From Basidiobolus meristosporus CBS 931.73 (taxonomy: Eukaryota > Fungi > Basidiobolomycota): a stretch of 64,000 bases of DNA. Below the pieces are notes generated by a model. That model saw nothing but the letters and a program-made list of their open reading frames with translations. It did no database searches and was not told where the DNA came from. A program made the translations under genes and the position numbers. Of this stretch, positions 63,761 through 64,000 are shown piece by piece (position 1 is the stretch's first letter; each line of letters begins with the position of its first letter). The stretch spans positions 1-64,000 of the forward strand of contig MCFE01000125.1 of NCBI GenBank assembly GCA_002104905.1, written 5' to 3'.

Positions 63761-64000
63761 ATATGTCACTTTGACTAAGTGCTAGTTCATAATGCATCAA
63801 TAAATAGGTGGACACCTAATTATTTTAACAGTATCATTCAGAAGCAAAAAGTCAATGCAGCAATTCTGGACTAAATGTGTCAATGTAGAGTCAATTTACA
63901 GCCCTAAGTTTGCCACTTTCTTCAGATATATGATTCTATGATTATTTCCTATAGTTAAGATCAAGGTAGCCCATTTACCAAAGATTATGCACTAATCATA

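Larger units (their letters stand above)
34601..64000. other. CpG-depleted, transposon-dense domain (putative heterochromatin)
   Basis: About 23 CG dinucleotides in 34201-34600, but none found by eye in 34601-37529 and very few afterwards. No intact host genes were seen; the sequence is mostly TE relics. Confidence 0.85.

Noticed and set aside
34601-64000. Classical Neurospora-type RIP (CpA to TpA)
   Set aside because: CpA/TpG remain abundant while CpG is the depleted dinucleotide, which fits methyl-CpG deamination better.

Overview
Eukaryotic, intron-containing fungal DNA with short (mostly about 50-80 nt) GT-AG introns. The gene set (virilizer, kinesin-10, Borealin-like, SRA1-like) suggests an early-diverging fungus; a Zoopagomycota/Basidiobolus-like identity is only my inference. 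The window has two sharply different halves. (1) Positions 1 to ~34.6 kb are gene-dense and CpG-normal: a secreted Gly/Tyr-rich repeat protein, a type-IIC-like P-type ATPase, LTN1/RKR1, a Borealin/Nbl1-like gene, VPS5, a ketohexokinase-like PfkB kinase, a small GPI-type protein, a virilizer (VIRMA) homolog, a KIF22-like kinesin, alpha-COP, a stand-alone SRA1/Sec31-C-like protein and a Tsp2-type tetraspanin. Three of these genes carry single-base frameshifts, most likely assembly indels. (2) Positions ~34.6 to 64 kb are almost CpG-free transposon DNA. They contain a tandem array of an unidentified degenerate repeat-protein gene, a PIF/Harbinger-like family (two transposase relics, a 728-bp foldback, a MITE and a shared GACTTGTTCCATT terminus), Ty1/copia elements, and six LTRs of one Ty3/gypsy family, apparently nested inside one another. 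All family assignments come from motif recognition by eye; no database searches were run.
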